Shown one piece after another: positions 21,603 to 32,274 of a DNA stretch of 64,000 bases (within the stretch, counting starts at the first letter, position 1; each line of letters begins with the position of its first letter). Position numbers and translations under genes: made by a program. Under the pieces are notes generated by a model. It was given only the letters and a program-made list of their open reading frames with translations. It was not told where the DNA came from and ran no database searches. Origin of the DNA: Candidatus Dormiibacterota bacterium (lineage in GTDB: Bacteria; Chloroflexota; Dormibacteria; Aeolococcales; Aeolococcaceae); contig CAVWRW010000002.1 of assembly GCA_963757475.1 (NCBI GenBank), forward strand, positions 133,596 to 197,595. Reading direction: 5' to 3'.

Positions 21603-23881
21603 GCCTGCGCGCAGGCTCTCGCGCCGGCCGAGCCGCGACGTGGATATGGGGTGGTTTCGCGGTGGGATGCGGGGCCGGGTTCGTGGGGTCGGTCACGCTC
21701 GGCATCGGTGCTGCCGCTCGGCGTCGGCGCGGCAGGCGGGGGGCGCTCGCGGCGGCGGCCAGGCGCCGGATGCGCGCTGCCGATGGCGGTTGTGTGGCGC
21801 TGATGCTCGGTCTGTTCCGCAGCTCGCTTGCCGTCGTCGCGCCGGGTCCTCGACGGTCAACGGCAACTTCGGAGCACGGCCGGTGGTGCTCACGGGCGTC
21901 GTCCGGAGCGCGGATCCGGGAGCGGGATCGGAGGCGATCGTCGGTGTCTCGCATCTCTCCGACACGGACACCGATCGCGCCGTGTCAGGCGGTGTACTCG
22001 TCAGCGGACCGTTGATCCCCGCGCTCTCACCCGGCGATGAGGTGGAGATCGACGCCTCGGGGCTTCGTGGGCTGGACCGGCGTCCGGGTCCCAATGCCGC
22101 GGACACGCTCGAGCGCGAGGGAGTCGAGGGAAGTGGCGATATCGCCGCAGGTGTTCGTCGCTTGCCGGCGCTGGTCCTTCGCTCGCTTCGGTGATCGTAT
22201 GGGTCCAGGGCCGTCTCATCGGCGCGGTGGATGCGGAACTCCCCGAACCGGCTGCCGCGCTGCTCCTGGGTATCGCGTTCGGCATCCATCAGCCGCTGAG
22301 CGCCGACGTCCGCGCGCCGCTGCAGAACGCCGGCCTCATCCATGTCGTTGTGGTGTCGGGCCTGAAGATCGTTCTCATCATCGGGCTGCTGAGCGCGGTG
22401 GCCCGCGTCCTCGAGTGGTCGCGGCGGCGGACCCTGCTCATCGCGGTTCCGGTCATCGCCGGCTACGTGCTGATCAGCGGCGCGGGACCGGCGGCGATAC
22501 GCAGCGCGCTCATGGCAGGCGCAGCAATGCTCGCCGCAAGCCGGCGGAAGGCGAACCGACCCCGTGCCATGCTCGCGCTCGTGGCGTCGCTGATGCTCGG
22601 TCTCTCCCCGGCGTTGGCTGAGGATCCCGGGTTTCAGCTCTCGTTTCTCGGGACTGCGGGGATTCTCTTGCTCGCGACTCCGATCGCTGCCAGGCTGCCG
22701 GGTCCTCGGCTGTTCGTCGAGCCGTTTGCGCTGACGGTGGCAGCGCAGGTCGCGACGCTGCCGATCATGGCCGGAACGTTCGGTGTCATCGCTCTCGGCG
22801 GTCCGGTCGCCAACGCTCTGGTCCTGCCGTTGCTGCCTGCGATGATCGTCGCGGGTGGGCTCGGCGCCACCCTGAGCGCGCTCCATCCGGGGCTTGGCTG
22901 GATCCTCCTTCAACTCGCGAGCCTCGGAACCTCGCTGACGACGACCGTCGCGCGAGTCGTCAGCGCCATACCCGGAGCCGCCATCCAGATCGGCAGCTGG
23001 CCGGAGGCCTGGTCGATTGCGGAAGCGTGCGGCCTGTTCGCCGCGCTGGCGGTGCTCGCGACCACAACGCGCCGCACCCGCCAGCTGCGCGCGTGAACGT
23101 TCGGATGCTCGCGGCCGTCCTGGCCGGCGCCATGACGGCGGCGGCTGCGTGGGCAGTGGCATCGCGTCCGGACGGACTCCTGCATGTGAGTGTCCTCAGC
23201 ACCGGATCATCGACGGCCGTCCTGGTGCACACGAAGGACGGCAGCACCGTGCTCGTTGACGGCGGCGCGTCACCGACGCTGCTGCTCGCGGCTCTGGGCG
23301 GGAGATGAGCCCGGCGACGAGTCACATCGACATGGTGGTGATCACCGGTGGACAGCAAGCGGCGGTGGATGGCCTGAACGGCCTGCCCGGTCATTACTCC
23401 GTCGGAACGGTGATGACCACGGGGGGACTGACACGCCGGAGCCAACGCGGTGGTGGCAACGCTGGCCGGCGCCGGTGCGAACGTCCTGGATGCGGACGGT
23501 GCGGCCTGGTCGTTCGGCGGAGTCGACCTGGCGCTGCCTCGGCTTTACGACGCTTGCGACGGCGGCGGCGATGTGCGTTCTTGTCATCGACGACCCAGTG
23601 GGACACGCGCTGGTGCTCGGCGACACCGGAACGGCGGACCAGGAGGAACTCTGCGCCGTCTATGGAAGTCAGCTCGCCGCCGACCTCGTGGTGACGCCGC
23701 CAGGGCGGCGCGATCTCGTCGGTGCTGCTCGCCACTGCGCGACCGTCGGAGCTGGCCGTCCCGCTCGCGCAAGGGGCGCACGGTACGGCTGCACCGCCGG
23801 GCTACCCAACGGACCGAACCGGGGTCGACGGCGACCTCGACTACACCGGGAGTGCCCATGGGCTCGGTGGAGACCAGCTGA
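21599..23881 (+). CDS. comEC: ComEC/Rec2 DNA uptake channel with degenerate C-terminal MBL domain (multiple frameshifts)
   Basis: Competence-domain motifs AGLIHVVVVSGL, PAAIRSALM, GFQLSFLGT, ANALVLP; then PDGLLHV...VLVDGG and IDMVVIT of the MBL fold. Confidence 0.82.
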
Positions 23882-23903
23882 GGGCGGCTGCGATACTGGC
23901 TCC

Positions 23904-24914
23904 GTGCCCGCGACCACGCCGCTCAACCCGCTGACGCTGATCCACGGTGACGAGGCATACCTCGTCGATCAATCGGTGCGCGCGTGGCGCGAGCGCGCGA
24001 AGCCGCCGCAGCTCGATGTCGAGGTATTCGACGCACCCGGTCGCCTCGACGGGCTGCGCAGCGCGGTCGCCGAGATGCCGCTCTTCGACCCGGAACGCGC
24101 CCTGCTCGTCCGCGATCCCCCGCAGCTCACCGGCGCCGCGAAACGAGGCGGAGCGGATCCGCCGGAGCGCCTCGCGGCGATCCTGGCCGAGCGAGCTCCG
24201 ACGACACTCCTCTGCCTCGTCGCCCACGCCAAGGTGCCGGACAGGAATCCCGTTCTCGCAGCGGTCAGGCAGCTGGGTGGCGCCATCACCTTTCACGCCG
24301 CCAGGAAAGGCCGGGAGCTTCGAACGTGGGTCGAAGCGGAGATCGCCGCACGCGGGCTGCGTCTCGGATCGGGATCCGTCGAGCATCTCGTTCGATTCGC
24401 GGGCCCCGATCTGGGAACGATCGCGTCGGAGCTCGACAAGCTCGTCGCGTTCGCGGCCGGCCGGCCCCTGTCAGTCCGGGACGTCCGGCTGGCCGTGGCC
24501 GGCGACGAGGAAAGCGGCCTCTACGACACGCTCGGGGATCTGCTGGGGGCAACCCCGGCGAAGGGCGCCGACTCGATCGACCGTCTCCTCTCGGAAGGAC
24601 GCGCCGGCCCATACCTGCTCGCGATCCTTGCCGGGCAGATTCGCGATCTCCTGCTCGTACAGGCGTACTTGCAGACCCATGGATCCGCGTCGGGTCTTGC
24701 TTCGGCGATCGGCAAACCGGACTGGATGGTCGAGCGCCTCGTCCGTCAAGCGCGACAGGTGCCCGCGGTTGTCGCCGCAGGATGGCTCGGCGCGCTCCAC
24801 GAAGCGGATCGAAAGCTCAAGATCGGTGAGATTTCCGACACGGATGGCGTGCGCCTCGTGGTCCTGCGGGCTGCCGCCGACCTGACCGAGGCGCGAGCGC
24901 GCCGGGCCGGCTAG
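23904..24914 (+). CDS. holA: DNA polymerase III delta subunit
   Basis: LIHGDEAYLVDQ, EMPLFDPERALLV, GPDLGTIASELDKL, LHEADRKLKIG; comEC-holA-rpsT synteny. Confidence 0.88.
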   Translation: MPATTPLNPLTLIHGDEAYLVDQSVRAWRERAKPPQLDVEVFDAPGRLDGLRSAVAEMPLFDPERALLVRDPPQLTGAAKRGGADPPERLAAILAERAPTTLLCLVAHAKVPDRNPVLAAVRQLGGAITFHAARKGRELRTWVEAEIAARGLRLGSGSVEHLVRFAGPDLGTIASELDKLVAFAAGRPLSVRDVRLAVAGDEESGLYDTLGDLLGATPAKGADSIDRLLSEGRAGPYLLAILAGQIRDLLLVQAYLQTHGSASGLASAIGKPDWMVERLVRQARQVPAVVAAGWLGALHEADRKLKIGEISDTDGVRLVVLRAAADLTEARARRAG

Positions 24915-24932
24915 CGAGCCAGGCCCACAGAC

Positions 24933-25427
24933 CTATTTGGTCTTGGTGGTTTTGGCGGGAGACTTGGCCGCAGCCGTCGGCTTGGGCACTGCCGCCTTTG
25001 CAGTGGTGGCCTTCGCGGCGCTTGCCTTGGGAGCCGGAGCCTTGCCTGCCGGCTTCGCCGCGGACTTCGCTGCCGCGGCTCTCGCGGGCTGCTTCGCGCT
25101 CCGACCCTTGGCGCCGCCAGCCGCGGCGGAGCGAGCCGCGGCTCCTTCGGACCCCTCGGCCACGGTGGCGAGGCGAGCGGCCATCGACGCCAGCCGTGAT
25201 TTGCGGCGGCGCACGTTGTTGCGATGCAGGATGCCCTTCTCGGCGGCGCGGTCGAGCGCCTTGATCGCCGCGTGCAACTCGGCTTCGCCGGTCGCACTGC
25301 CCTCTTCGAGCAGCGCGTGACGCGCCTTGATCACCTTGGTGCGGACAGCGGATTTGACGGCGCGATTGCGCACGTGTTTGCGTTCGCTGGACCGGATGCG
25401 CTTGCGCGCGGATCGGGAGTTGGCCAT
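24933..25427 (-). CDS. rpsT: 30S ribosomal protein bS20 with long Ala/Lys/Pro-rich C-terminal extension
   Basis: MANSRSARKRIR...RNRAVKSAVRT...LDRAAEKGILHRN..RRKSRL core (about 86 aa) plus about 78 aa low-complexity tail. Confidence 0.95.
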   Translation of the reverse strand: MANSRSARKRIRSSERKHVRNRAVKSAVRTKVIKARHALLEEGSATGEAELHAAIKALDRAAEKGILHRNNVRRRKSRLASMAARLATVAEGSEGAAARSAAAGGAKGRSAKQPARAAAAKSAAKPAGKAPAPKASAAKATTAKAAVPKPTAAAKSPAKTTKTK

Positions 25428-25523
25428 GCTCGCTCTTCTACGTCACTCAATCTAGGTCTGGGGCGCGCCGCCCGGGCGGCATACCAGCCAGGGACGCACG
25501 AAGTCCGCAGTATATCAGCGTCC

Positions 25524-26408
25524 GTGTCCCACCTCTCCTCGCGGGTCGTCCCCGCATACGCAAAGCTGAATCTCTCACTGACCGTTGTCGGGCGCCGAGC
25601 GGACGGATACCACGACATCGACAGCATCCTGGTCCCGATCGACTGGCACGACCTGGTCGGGGTCGGCATCACGCTCGCCGCGACGAGCCATGTCCACCTC
25701 GAGGTCACCGGACCCGCGGCTGCCGGGGTGCCGGCCGGCGACTCGAACCTCACGGTCCGCGCCGCTCACGCGCTGGAGGAGCTGGCTGGGCGTCCGCTCG
25801 ACATACGGATCTGGCTCGACAAGGCCGTTCCCCACGGTGCGGGGCTCGGGGGCGGCTCCGCCGACGCAGCGGCGGTGCTTCGAGCCGGCGTCGCAGCGCT
25901 GGCGGCGTTCGCGATCGCCACAGACATAGGGCGGCTCGCGGGGGCTGCGCTCGGGATCGGCAGCGATGTGCCGGCCCTGCTCGATCCTCCGCCCATCGTG
26001 TCCGCGGCCGTGGGGAGCGGCTCGAGCGCGTGCCGACCCCGGCGCTCCACCTGGTCGTCGTGTCGACGGTGCCGAGCTCGACTCCTGCGACCTACGGGGC
26101 ACTCCTACCGGTCGAGATCCGCGACGACGGACGGACAGCAGCGCTTGCGGCACTGCTCGCAACCGGTCAGGCACCAACGCCGAGCGTCATGGGGAGCGCA
26201 TTGGAATCCGCAGCGTCGCGCGCCGATCCAGACGTCGCCAGCTGCATTGCAGCAGGTCAGGACGGCCGCTCCTGAGATCGGATGGCATCTCACCGGGAGC
26301 GGTGGTGCCGTGTTCACCACAACGGCTGGCAGGGTCGAGGCCGAGCGTCTCGCGGCACGATTGCGCGGTGCGGGCTTCAACGCTCGCGCCTGCCGCACCA
26401 TCGGCTGA
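25524..26408 (+). CDS. ispE: 4-diphosphocytidyl-2-C-methyl-D-erythritol kinase (frameshifted)
   Basis: PAYAKLNLSL, DGYHDIDS, GHMP motif KAVPHGAGLGGGSADAAA, IGSDVPALL, HLTGSGGAVF. Confidence 0.9.
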   Translation: MSHLSSRVVPAYAKLNLSLTVVGRRADGYHDIDSILVPIDWHDLVGVGITLAATSHVHLEVTGPAAAGVPAGDSNLTVRAAHALEELAGRPLDIRIWLDKAVPHGAGLGGGSADAAAVLRAGVAALAAFAIATDIGRLAGAALGIGSDVPALLDPPPIVSAAVGSGSSACRPRRSTWSSCRRCRARLLRPTGHSYRSRSATTDGQQRLRHCSQPVRHQRRASWGAHWNPQRRAPIQTSPAALQQVRTAAPEIGWHLTGSGGAVFTTTAGRVEAERLAARLRGAGFNARACRTIG

Positions 26409-26463
26409 ACCGCTCGGCACTACAATCCGATGCTCAGTGGCTGTCGCAGACGCGCCCTCCGCC

Positions 26464-27315
26464 TTGCCGCTGACACCCGAAACCTGCGACCACCCCGCGC
26501 CGGTCACGGGGGTCATGGCCCACGAGTTCGCCCACTACGAAGGTGCGGTCGGGCCGGAGGGCCTGCGCCGGACGGTCACGTACTACGGACCGATCGTCGG
26601 CGGGTTGCCGATCCAGGCCTGGCACTGCGAGCAGTGCGGTCTGCTGCGGCTGACCTATCCCGACGGTCGCACCGAAGAGCGTCGACTCTTCCCCGGTCCG
26701 CAGCCGGGACTGCTCGCGGCGGCGAGCCCCGTCGCCCCGGAGCGCGTGCACTACGGGATGCAGGCTCGGGTATCGGGTCTGAGCGGTCAGCCGGCGTTCA
26801 TCGAGCAACTGTCCGGGGGCGCCCCGACGATGCGGACCTTCACCCTCCCGACGGTCACGCTGCCGGTCTGGGACGCAATCACGTGGCTGACAGTGCTCGG
26901 GATGACCGCTGTCGTGCTCGGTCTCGCCCTTGCCGGATTGTTCGCAACCTTTTCCTACAGCACCCCGAGCGTCGAACTCCCCTTGGTGCTCGTCATCGTC
27001 GGCATCTTCCTCGGCATCCTGTTGCTCCGCTTGATCGTCGCGGCGATCCGCCACTTCGCGCCTGCAGAGCCGCTGACTCCGAGCCTTGCGGTGTTGCTGC
27101 GCGCCAAGCCGGAGCTCGACTCGCTGACCAAGACCGTGGTCTTCCTCCTCGGCGTCTGCGTCACAGGCCTTTTCTTCACGGCGGTGCTCGCGACATACAC
27201 GTACTCGACGCCGGGTGCGCTGCTCCCTGTGCTGTTCATCAGCCTCGCCAGCGCGATCGTCGCCATCGTGATCAAGCTCGTCGACGTCTCCGTGCGTCAC
27301 TTCAGCGGCAAGTAG
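26464..27315 (+). CDS. Hypothetical membrane protein: Cys/His-rich N-terminus plus duplicated TM hairpin (start uncertain)
   Basis: C-terminal part of ORF 25966..27315; four hydrophobic helices; HCEQC motif; gapless 63-aa internal repeat. Confidence 0.65.
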   Translation: MPLTPETCDHPAPVTGVMAHEFAHYEGAVGPEGLRRTVTYYGPIVGGLPIQAWHCEQCGLLRLTYPDGRTEERRLFPGPQPGLLAAASPVAPERVHYGMQARVSGLSGQPAFIEQLSGGAPTMRTFTLPTVTLPVWDAITWLTVLGMTAVVLGLALAGLFATFSYSTPSVELPLVLVIVGIFLGILLLRLIVAAIRHFAPAEPLTPSLAVLLRAKPELDSLTKTVVFLLGVCVTGLFFTAVLATYTYSTPGALLPVLFISLASAIVAIVIKLVDVSVRHFSGK

Positions 27316-27334
27316 CAGGCCTATAACCGGCTTC

Positions 27335-28765
27335 ATGCCGCTCAAAGCGCCCCCCGATCAGGACATCGTCATCGTTGGTGCGACGGGCGATCTCGCACAG
27401 CGCAAGCTCCTTCCCGCGCTGTACAACCTGCAACTCCAGAAGCTGCTTCCCGACGGGTGCAGCATCATCGGCGCCGCGCCGTTCGACTGGAATGACCAGC
27501 GCTTCCGCGACCTCGCGGAATCGTCCGTCAAGCAGTTCTCGCGGACGCCGTTGCAGAAGACCGCGTTCAACGCCTTCGCGTCGCGGCTGCACTTCGTCCC
27601 GCTCCCGGCAGACGGCAACCTGTCGGCGCTTCGCCAGGTGGCAACGCGCGACCGGCGGATCGCATACCTCGCAGTGCCGCCGTCGGCGTTCACATCGCTC
27701 ATCGACGGGATCAAGACTGCGGGACTGGCGAAAGGGACGTCGATCATCATCGAGAAACCCTTTGGGCACGACCGAGCTTCGGCCCGCGAGCTCAACAAGA
27801 CGCTCCACGATGTGGTGCCTGAAGAGCGGATCTTCCGCATCGATCACTACATGGGCAAGGAGACGGTGCAGAACCTCCTCGTCTTTCGGTTCGGCAACTC
27901 GTTCTTCGAGCGCGTGTGGACTCGTGATGCGATTGCCCGGGTCGAGATCACCGTCGCCGAGTCCCTCGGCGTCGAGCAACGCGGCAAGCTCTATGAAGAG
28001 ATCGGCGCCATCCGCGACATCGTCCAGAACCACATGTTCCAGGTGCTCGCGCTCGTCGCGATGGACCCGCCGCTGTCATTCGACGCGGAGGCGATTCGCA
28101 ACGAGAAGGTGAAGGTGCTTCAGTCGATACAGCCGATCCATCCGCACGATGTCGTTCGCGGCCAGTACACCGCCGGGAAGATCGCGGGCGAGGCCGTCGC
28201 GGCATACCGCGATGAGCCCGGGGTGTCGCCGAAGTCCACCACGGAGACGTACGCCGCGCTGCGGCTGCACCTCGAGTTGTGGCGCTGGTCGGGCGTTCCC
28301 TTCCTGCTCAGGACCGGCAAGCGACTGCCGACGCGGGACACGCGTGTCGTCATCACCTTCCGCGACGTGCCGCTCCATCTCTTCAAGACCGCGGGCGTGC
28401 ACTCGTTGCATCGCAACCGTCTCGTGGTGCGCATTCAACCGGACGAGGGGATCGCGCTGAGCTTCGTTGCCAAGCAACCCGGACCGGAAGTGACCGCACA
28501 GTCCGTCGACATGAACTTCAACTACGGCGATTCATTCAAGACGTCCCCGCCCGAGGCGTATGAGCGTCTGCTCCACGATGCCTTCGAGGGTGATCACACG
28601 CTCTTCATCCGCGAGGACGAGGTCGATTTCGGATGGGCCGCCGTCGAACCGGTGATCGACGCACCGCCGCCGATCACCTTCTACCCCGCGGGTTCGTGGG
28701 GACCGGATGACGCCGCGCGCATCGCAAGCCCGAGCCGTTGGGACGATTCGGTCCAGGTGGTATGA
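27335..28765 (+). CDS. zwf: Glucose-6-phosphate 1-dehydrogenase
   Basis: GATGDLAQRKL, IEKPFG, RIDHYMGKE, RDIVQNH, PFLLRTGKRL, PEAYERLL. Confidence 0.96.
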   Translation: MPLKAPPDQDIVIVGATGDLAQRKLLPALYNLQLQKLLPDGCSIIGAAPFDWNDQRFRDLAESSVKQFSRTPLQKTAFNAFASRLHFVPLPADGNLSALRQVATRDRRIAYLAVPPSAFTSLIDGIKTAGLAKGTSIIIEKPFGHDRASARELNKTLHDVVPEERIFRIDHYMGKETVQNLLVFRFGNSFFERVWTRDAIARVEITVAESLGVEQRGKLYEEIGAIRDIVQNHMFQVLALVAMDPPLSFDAEAIRNEKVKVLQSIQPIHPHDVVRGQYTAGKIAGEAVAAYRDEPGVSPKSTTETYAALRLHLELWRWSGVPFLLRTGKRLPTRDTRVVITFRDVPLHLFKTAGVHSLHRNRLVVRIQPDEGIALSFVAKQPGPEVTAQSVDMNFNYGDSFKTSPPEAYERLLHDAFEGDHTLFIREDEVDFGWAAVEPVIDAPPPITFYPAGSWGPDDAARIASPSRWDDSVQVV

Positions 28766-29752
28766 AAGCAACACTGGTCGGCGTCGATCTGGGCGGCACG
28801 AGCATTCGGGCGGCGGTCGCAACTGGCGACGTCACGCACGGTAACCCGGTACACCGTGACACGCCGTCGCGAGACGGTCCGGCTGCGGTCCTCGACGCTG
28901 TCGCCGAATGCGCTCGACAGGCTGCGGGAGGTGCGCCGATCGACGGCCTGGCGATTGGCATCCCCGGTCCGCTCGATCCGCACGCGGGCGTGGTGCACGA
29001 CACTCCGAACATGGCGGGCTGGAACGAGGTGCCTGCAGCGAAGATGCTCTCGGACCGCGTCGGTTGTCCGGTGGTCATCTGTCACGACGCCGCCGCCGCC
29101 GGCTATGCAGAGCTCAAGGCCGGCGCCGGCCGCGGGGCACGTCATCTCCTCTTCATCACTGTGAGCACCGGCATCGGCGGCGCGCTGTTCATCAACGGAG
29201 ATCTGTATGACGGGGCAACGGGATCCGCGGGCGAGGTCGGGCACACGCCGATCAGCGACAACGGACCGCCGTGCGGACAGGGCCATCCGGGCTGCCTCGA
29301 GGGGATGTCATCGGGCACTGCCGTAGCGACGCGCGCGCATGCGGAGCTGGCCGCCGGTGCGGTGTCGTCCCTTCGCGGCATGGATCCCGCGATGATCGAC
29401 GCGCGTGCGATCAACGCGGCCGCGATTGAAGGCGACGAGCTCTCGCTCCGCCTCTTCCACGACGCCGGGCACGCGCTCGGTCGCGCGATCGGCGGTTTCA
29501 TCAACGTCCTCGCACCGGACGCCATCGTCATCGGCGGTGGGCTCATCCACGCCGGCGATCTTCTGCTCGCGCCGGCGCGTCACGCGGTGACGCAGATTGC
29601 ATTCGCGATACCCGCAAGCAGATGCAAGATCGTGACCGCCGCGCTCGGCACGGACGCCGGCCTGATCGGTGCGGTCGCCTGGGCTGTCCGCAGCTTCAGC
29701 GGCATCCGGCGGGTATGGGCGGGGAAGCTCCTGGCCGCGTGGAGGCGGCTGA
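28762..29752 (+). CDS. glk: ROK family sugar kinase (glucokinase)
   Basis: GVDLGGT, GIPGP, TVSTGIGG, GEVGH, CGQGHPGCLE, GTDAGLIGA. The true stop is probably the TGA overlapping the next ATG. Confidence 0.85.
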
Positions 29753-30637
29753 TGAGCAGCGCCATCGTCATGCGCGGCTTGAGCAAGGACTACGGCTCCG
29801 GGCATGGACTCTTCGATCTCGACCTCGAGGTGGACAAAGGCGAAGTGTTCGGTTTCCTGGGACCAAACGGCGCAGGCAAGACGACGACGATCCGTCTGCT
29901 CATGGGCGTCATCCATGCCACCAGCGGCAGCGCGAGCATCTTCGGCCTCGACTGCGACAGGGAGTCGGTCGCGGTGAAGCGCGAAGTCGGCTACCTGCCC
30001 GGCGACCTGCCGCAGTTCGGGGGCATGCGCGCCAGCGAGGTTGTTGCCTACCTCGGCGCCATGCGCGGCGCCGTCGACGAAAGCCGCGTCAAGGAGCTTG
30101 CCGAGCGGCTCCAACTCGACCTCGGCCGGCGCTTTCGCGAGTATCTCGCGCGGCAACAAGCAGAAGCTCGGCCTCGTGCTCGCGTTCATGCATCGTCCGC
30201 GTCTGCTCATCCTCGATGAACCGACAGGTGGGCTCGATCCCTTGAACCAGCAGACGTTTCACCAGCTCGTCGGGGAGGTGAGGGCCGAGGGCACCACGGT
30301 GTTCCTCTCGTCGCACGTGCTCTCCGAGGTGGAGGAGACCTGTTCACGTGTCGGCATCATCCGTGAGGGCAGGCTCGTCTCCGACATGTCGATGGACAAG
30401 GTGCACGACATGCGCTTTCACGAGGTCGTGATCGAGTTCGGCAGCGACGTGCCCGAGGCGGCGGTGCGCGCGGCCGCCGGCGTCGAGGACGTCGCCGTCA
30501 ACGGTCGCCGGCTCACGTGCACGGTGCACGGCGGATTCGATGCGTTGCTCGCCGCCATTCGCGGCAGCACTGTCACCGATTTTGTGAGCCGCGAACCGAG
30601 CCTCGAGTTGATCTTCCTCACCTACTACCGCAAGTGA
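29752..30637 (+). CDS. ABC exporter ATP-binding protein (frameshift near 30147)
   Basis: GGAGG-N6-ATG; GPNGAGKTT, SRGNKQK, LILDEPTGGLDP, FLSSHVLSEVE. Confidence 0.9.
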
Positions 30638-32274
30638 TGCCCGCCCGTCTGCTGCTGCGCCTGCATCGAATCGGCGCGGTCGCGATGGCGTACTTCTCCA
30701 TCTTCTACGTGCTCGTCAACAGCGCGGTGTATCCGCTGATCGCGGGGAAGACGCGCCTTGCGCAGGAAGCATTCGGTGTCGAGATCACGTCGCTCGGCGC
30801 GCAATTCGCATGGCTGCTGCCGGTGCCCATCCGTCCGGACACCGCAGCGGGATACCTGCAGTGGCGCGGCTACGGTGTGTTCGCGATCGTCTTCGCTGCC
30901 TGGGCAGTCATGAGCGCGTGTGGCGCGGTGCGCCGCGACGAGGACCGTGGGATGGTGGAGACGTGGCTTGCGACGGGCATCTCGCGGATGCGGCTGCTGG
31001 CGACGCGCGCACTGTTCTTTGCTCTGTTGAGCGCAGCGCTGGTCGTCGTCGCCGGATTCTCGGGCTGGCTCGGGATGTCTCATCGCGGGGTCGCCGGCTC
31101 CGGTTGCGGGGCTCGTGGGGGAGAACGCAGCACTCTGGGGGCTGACCCTCGCCTGTTTCGCGATCGGACTCCTGGTTGCGCAGATCGCGCCGGATTTCCG
31201 TTCTGCGGCAGGGATTGCCGCCGGCGGATCATCGTCGTCATGTTCGCCATCGACAGCATCGGGCGCACGAGCATCAACCGCTCGCCGCTCACCGACATCT
31301 CGGTGTTCTTCCTCTTCAACCGTTCGAAGTCGTTCGCCCCGGGCGGCACGTTCGATCCCGTTGCAACCGTTGCGCTGCTGGTTGTCGCGGTGATCGTCGC
31401 GGTCGTTGCCGCACTCGCCTTCTGGTGCCGCGATATCGGTGCCGGCCTCGTCCGGTTGCGACCGCGCGCCGAAGTCCAGACCCGCACTGTCGCTCGCAAC
31501 CCGCTGCTCCGCGTACCGGTGGTGCGCGGTCTCTGGATCCGGCGGGTTGGCTCCGTCCTCTGGATCATCGGCGTTGCCGCCGGGGCGGCCCTGGTGGTCG
31601 ACATCATCAACCTGACGGCGACGTTCTTCCAGAAGACGCCGAGTCTCGCGCCATACCTCCGCGACCTCTCCGGCAACATCCACACTGTGCTGCTCGCGTT
31701 GATCTGGTTCAGCATCGTTCAGGGCGTGCTCGCCATTCTCTCGCATCACGTCCGTCTCGCGCTGGGCGGCGGATGACGCGAGCGGCGTGCTGGAGATGCA
31801 GCTTGCCGAGCCCGTGCCGCGCTGGCGCGTCCTGGTCGAACGTATCGCGGAGCTGATCGTCCTGCTCGTCGCCATCTCGTTCGTCTCGACCGCGGTGATC
31901 CTTGCGCTTGCCCCGGCCAGGGACTGACCATCGACGTCGGAAAGATGCTCGTGGCGACCGCGCTGCTGATCCCGTTCGCGCTCACCTTCGCCGCGTTCGG
32001 GGCGCTCCTCGCAGGCTGGCGTCCGCGAGCGGCTGTCGTGGTGCTGTCGACGGTCACGGCGATCTCATACCTGCTCTTTCAGCTCGCCCCGCTCTTCAAG
32101 TGGCCTGTCTGGGTGGAGAACCTGTCAGTGTTCCAGCTGTATGGCACGCCATTGATCACTGCGGTGTCCGTCGGTGGGCTCATTGCGATGCTCGGCATCG
32201 TCGTCGTGGGCTTCGGGTTTGCGGGCGTCGACGCTGGACGCGGCGTGACATCGCCGCATAGGAGGTTGGCGTGA
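30637..32274 (+). CDS. ABC-2-type exporter permease, two-repeat (antibiotic-exporter-like), frameshifted
   Basis: About 12 hydrophobic segments over ORFs 30517..31776, 31115..31393 and 31945..32274; repeated xxED/xxDD...G..E motif; RDIGAGL. Confidence 0.7.

Noticed and set aside
23090-23100. ComEC split into separate membrane and MBL genes
   Set aside because: The break falls just before the usual last TM helix and PDG-LHV motif; a single indel restores a normal continuous ComEC.
28738-30219. Apparent ROK kinase-ABC ATPase fusion in the ORF track
   Set aside because: The ABC gene has its own GGAGG and a TGATG stop/start overlap at 29750-29754; one indel in the ROK tail explains the read-through.
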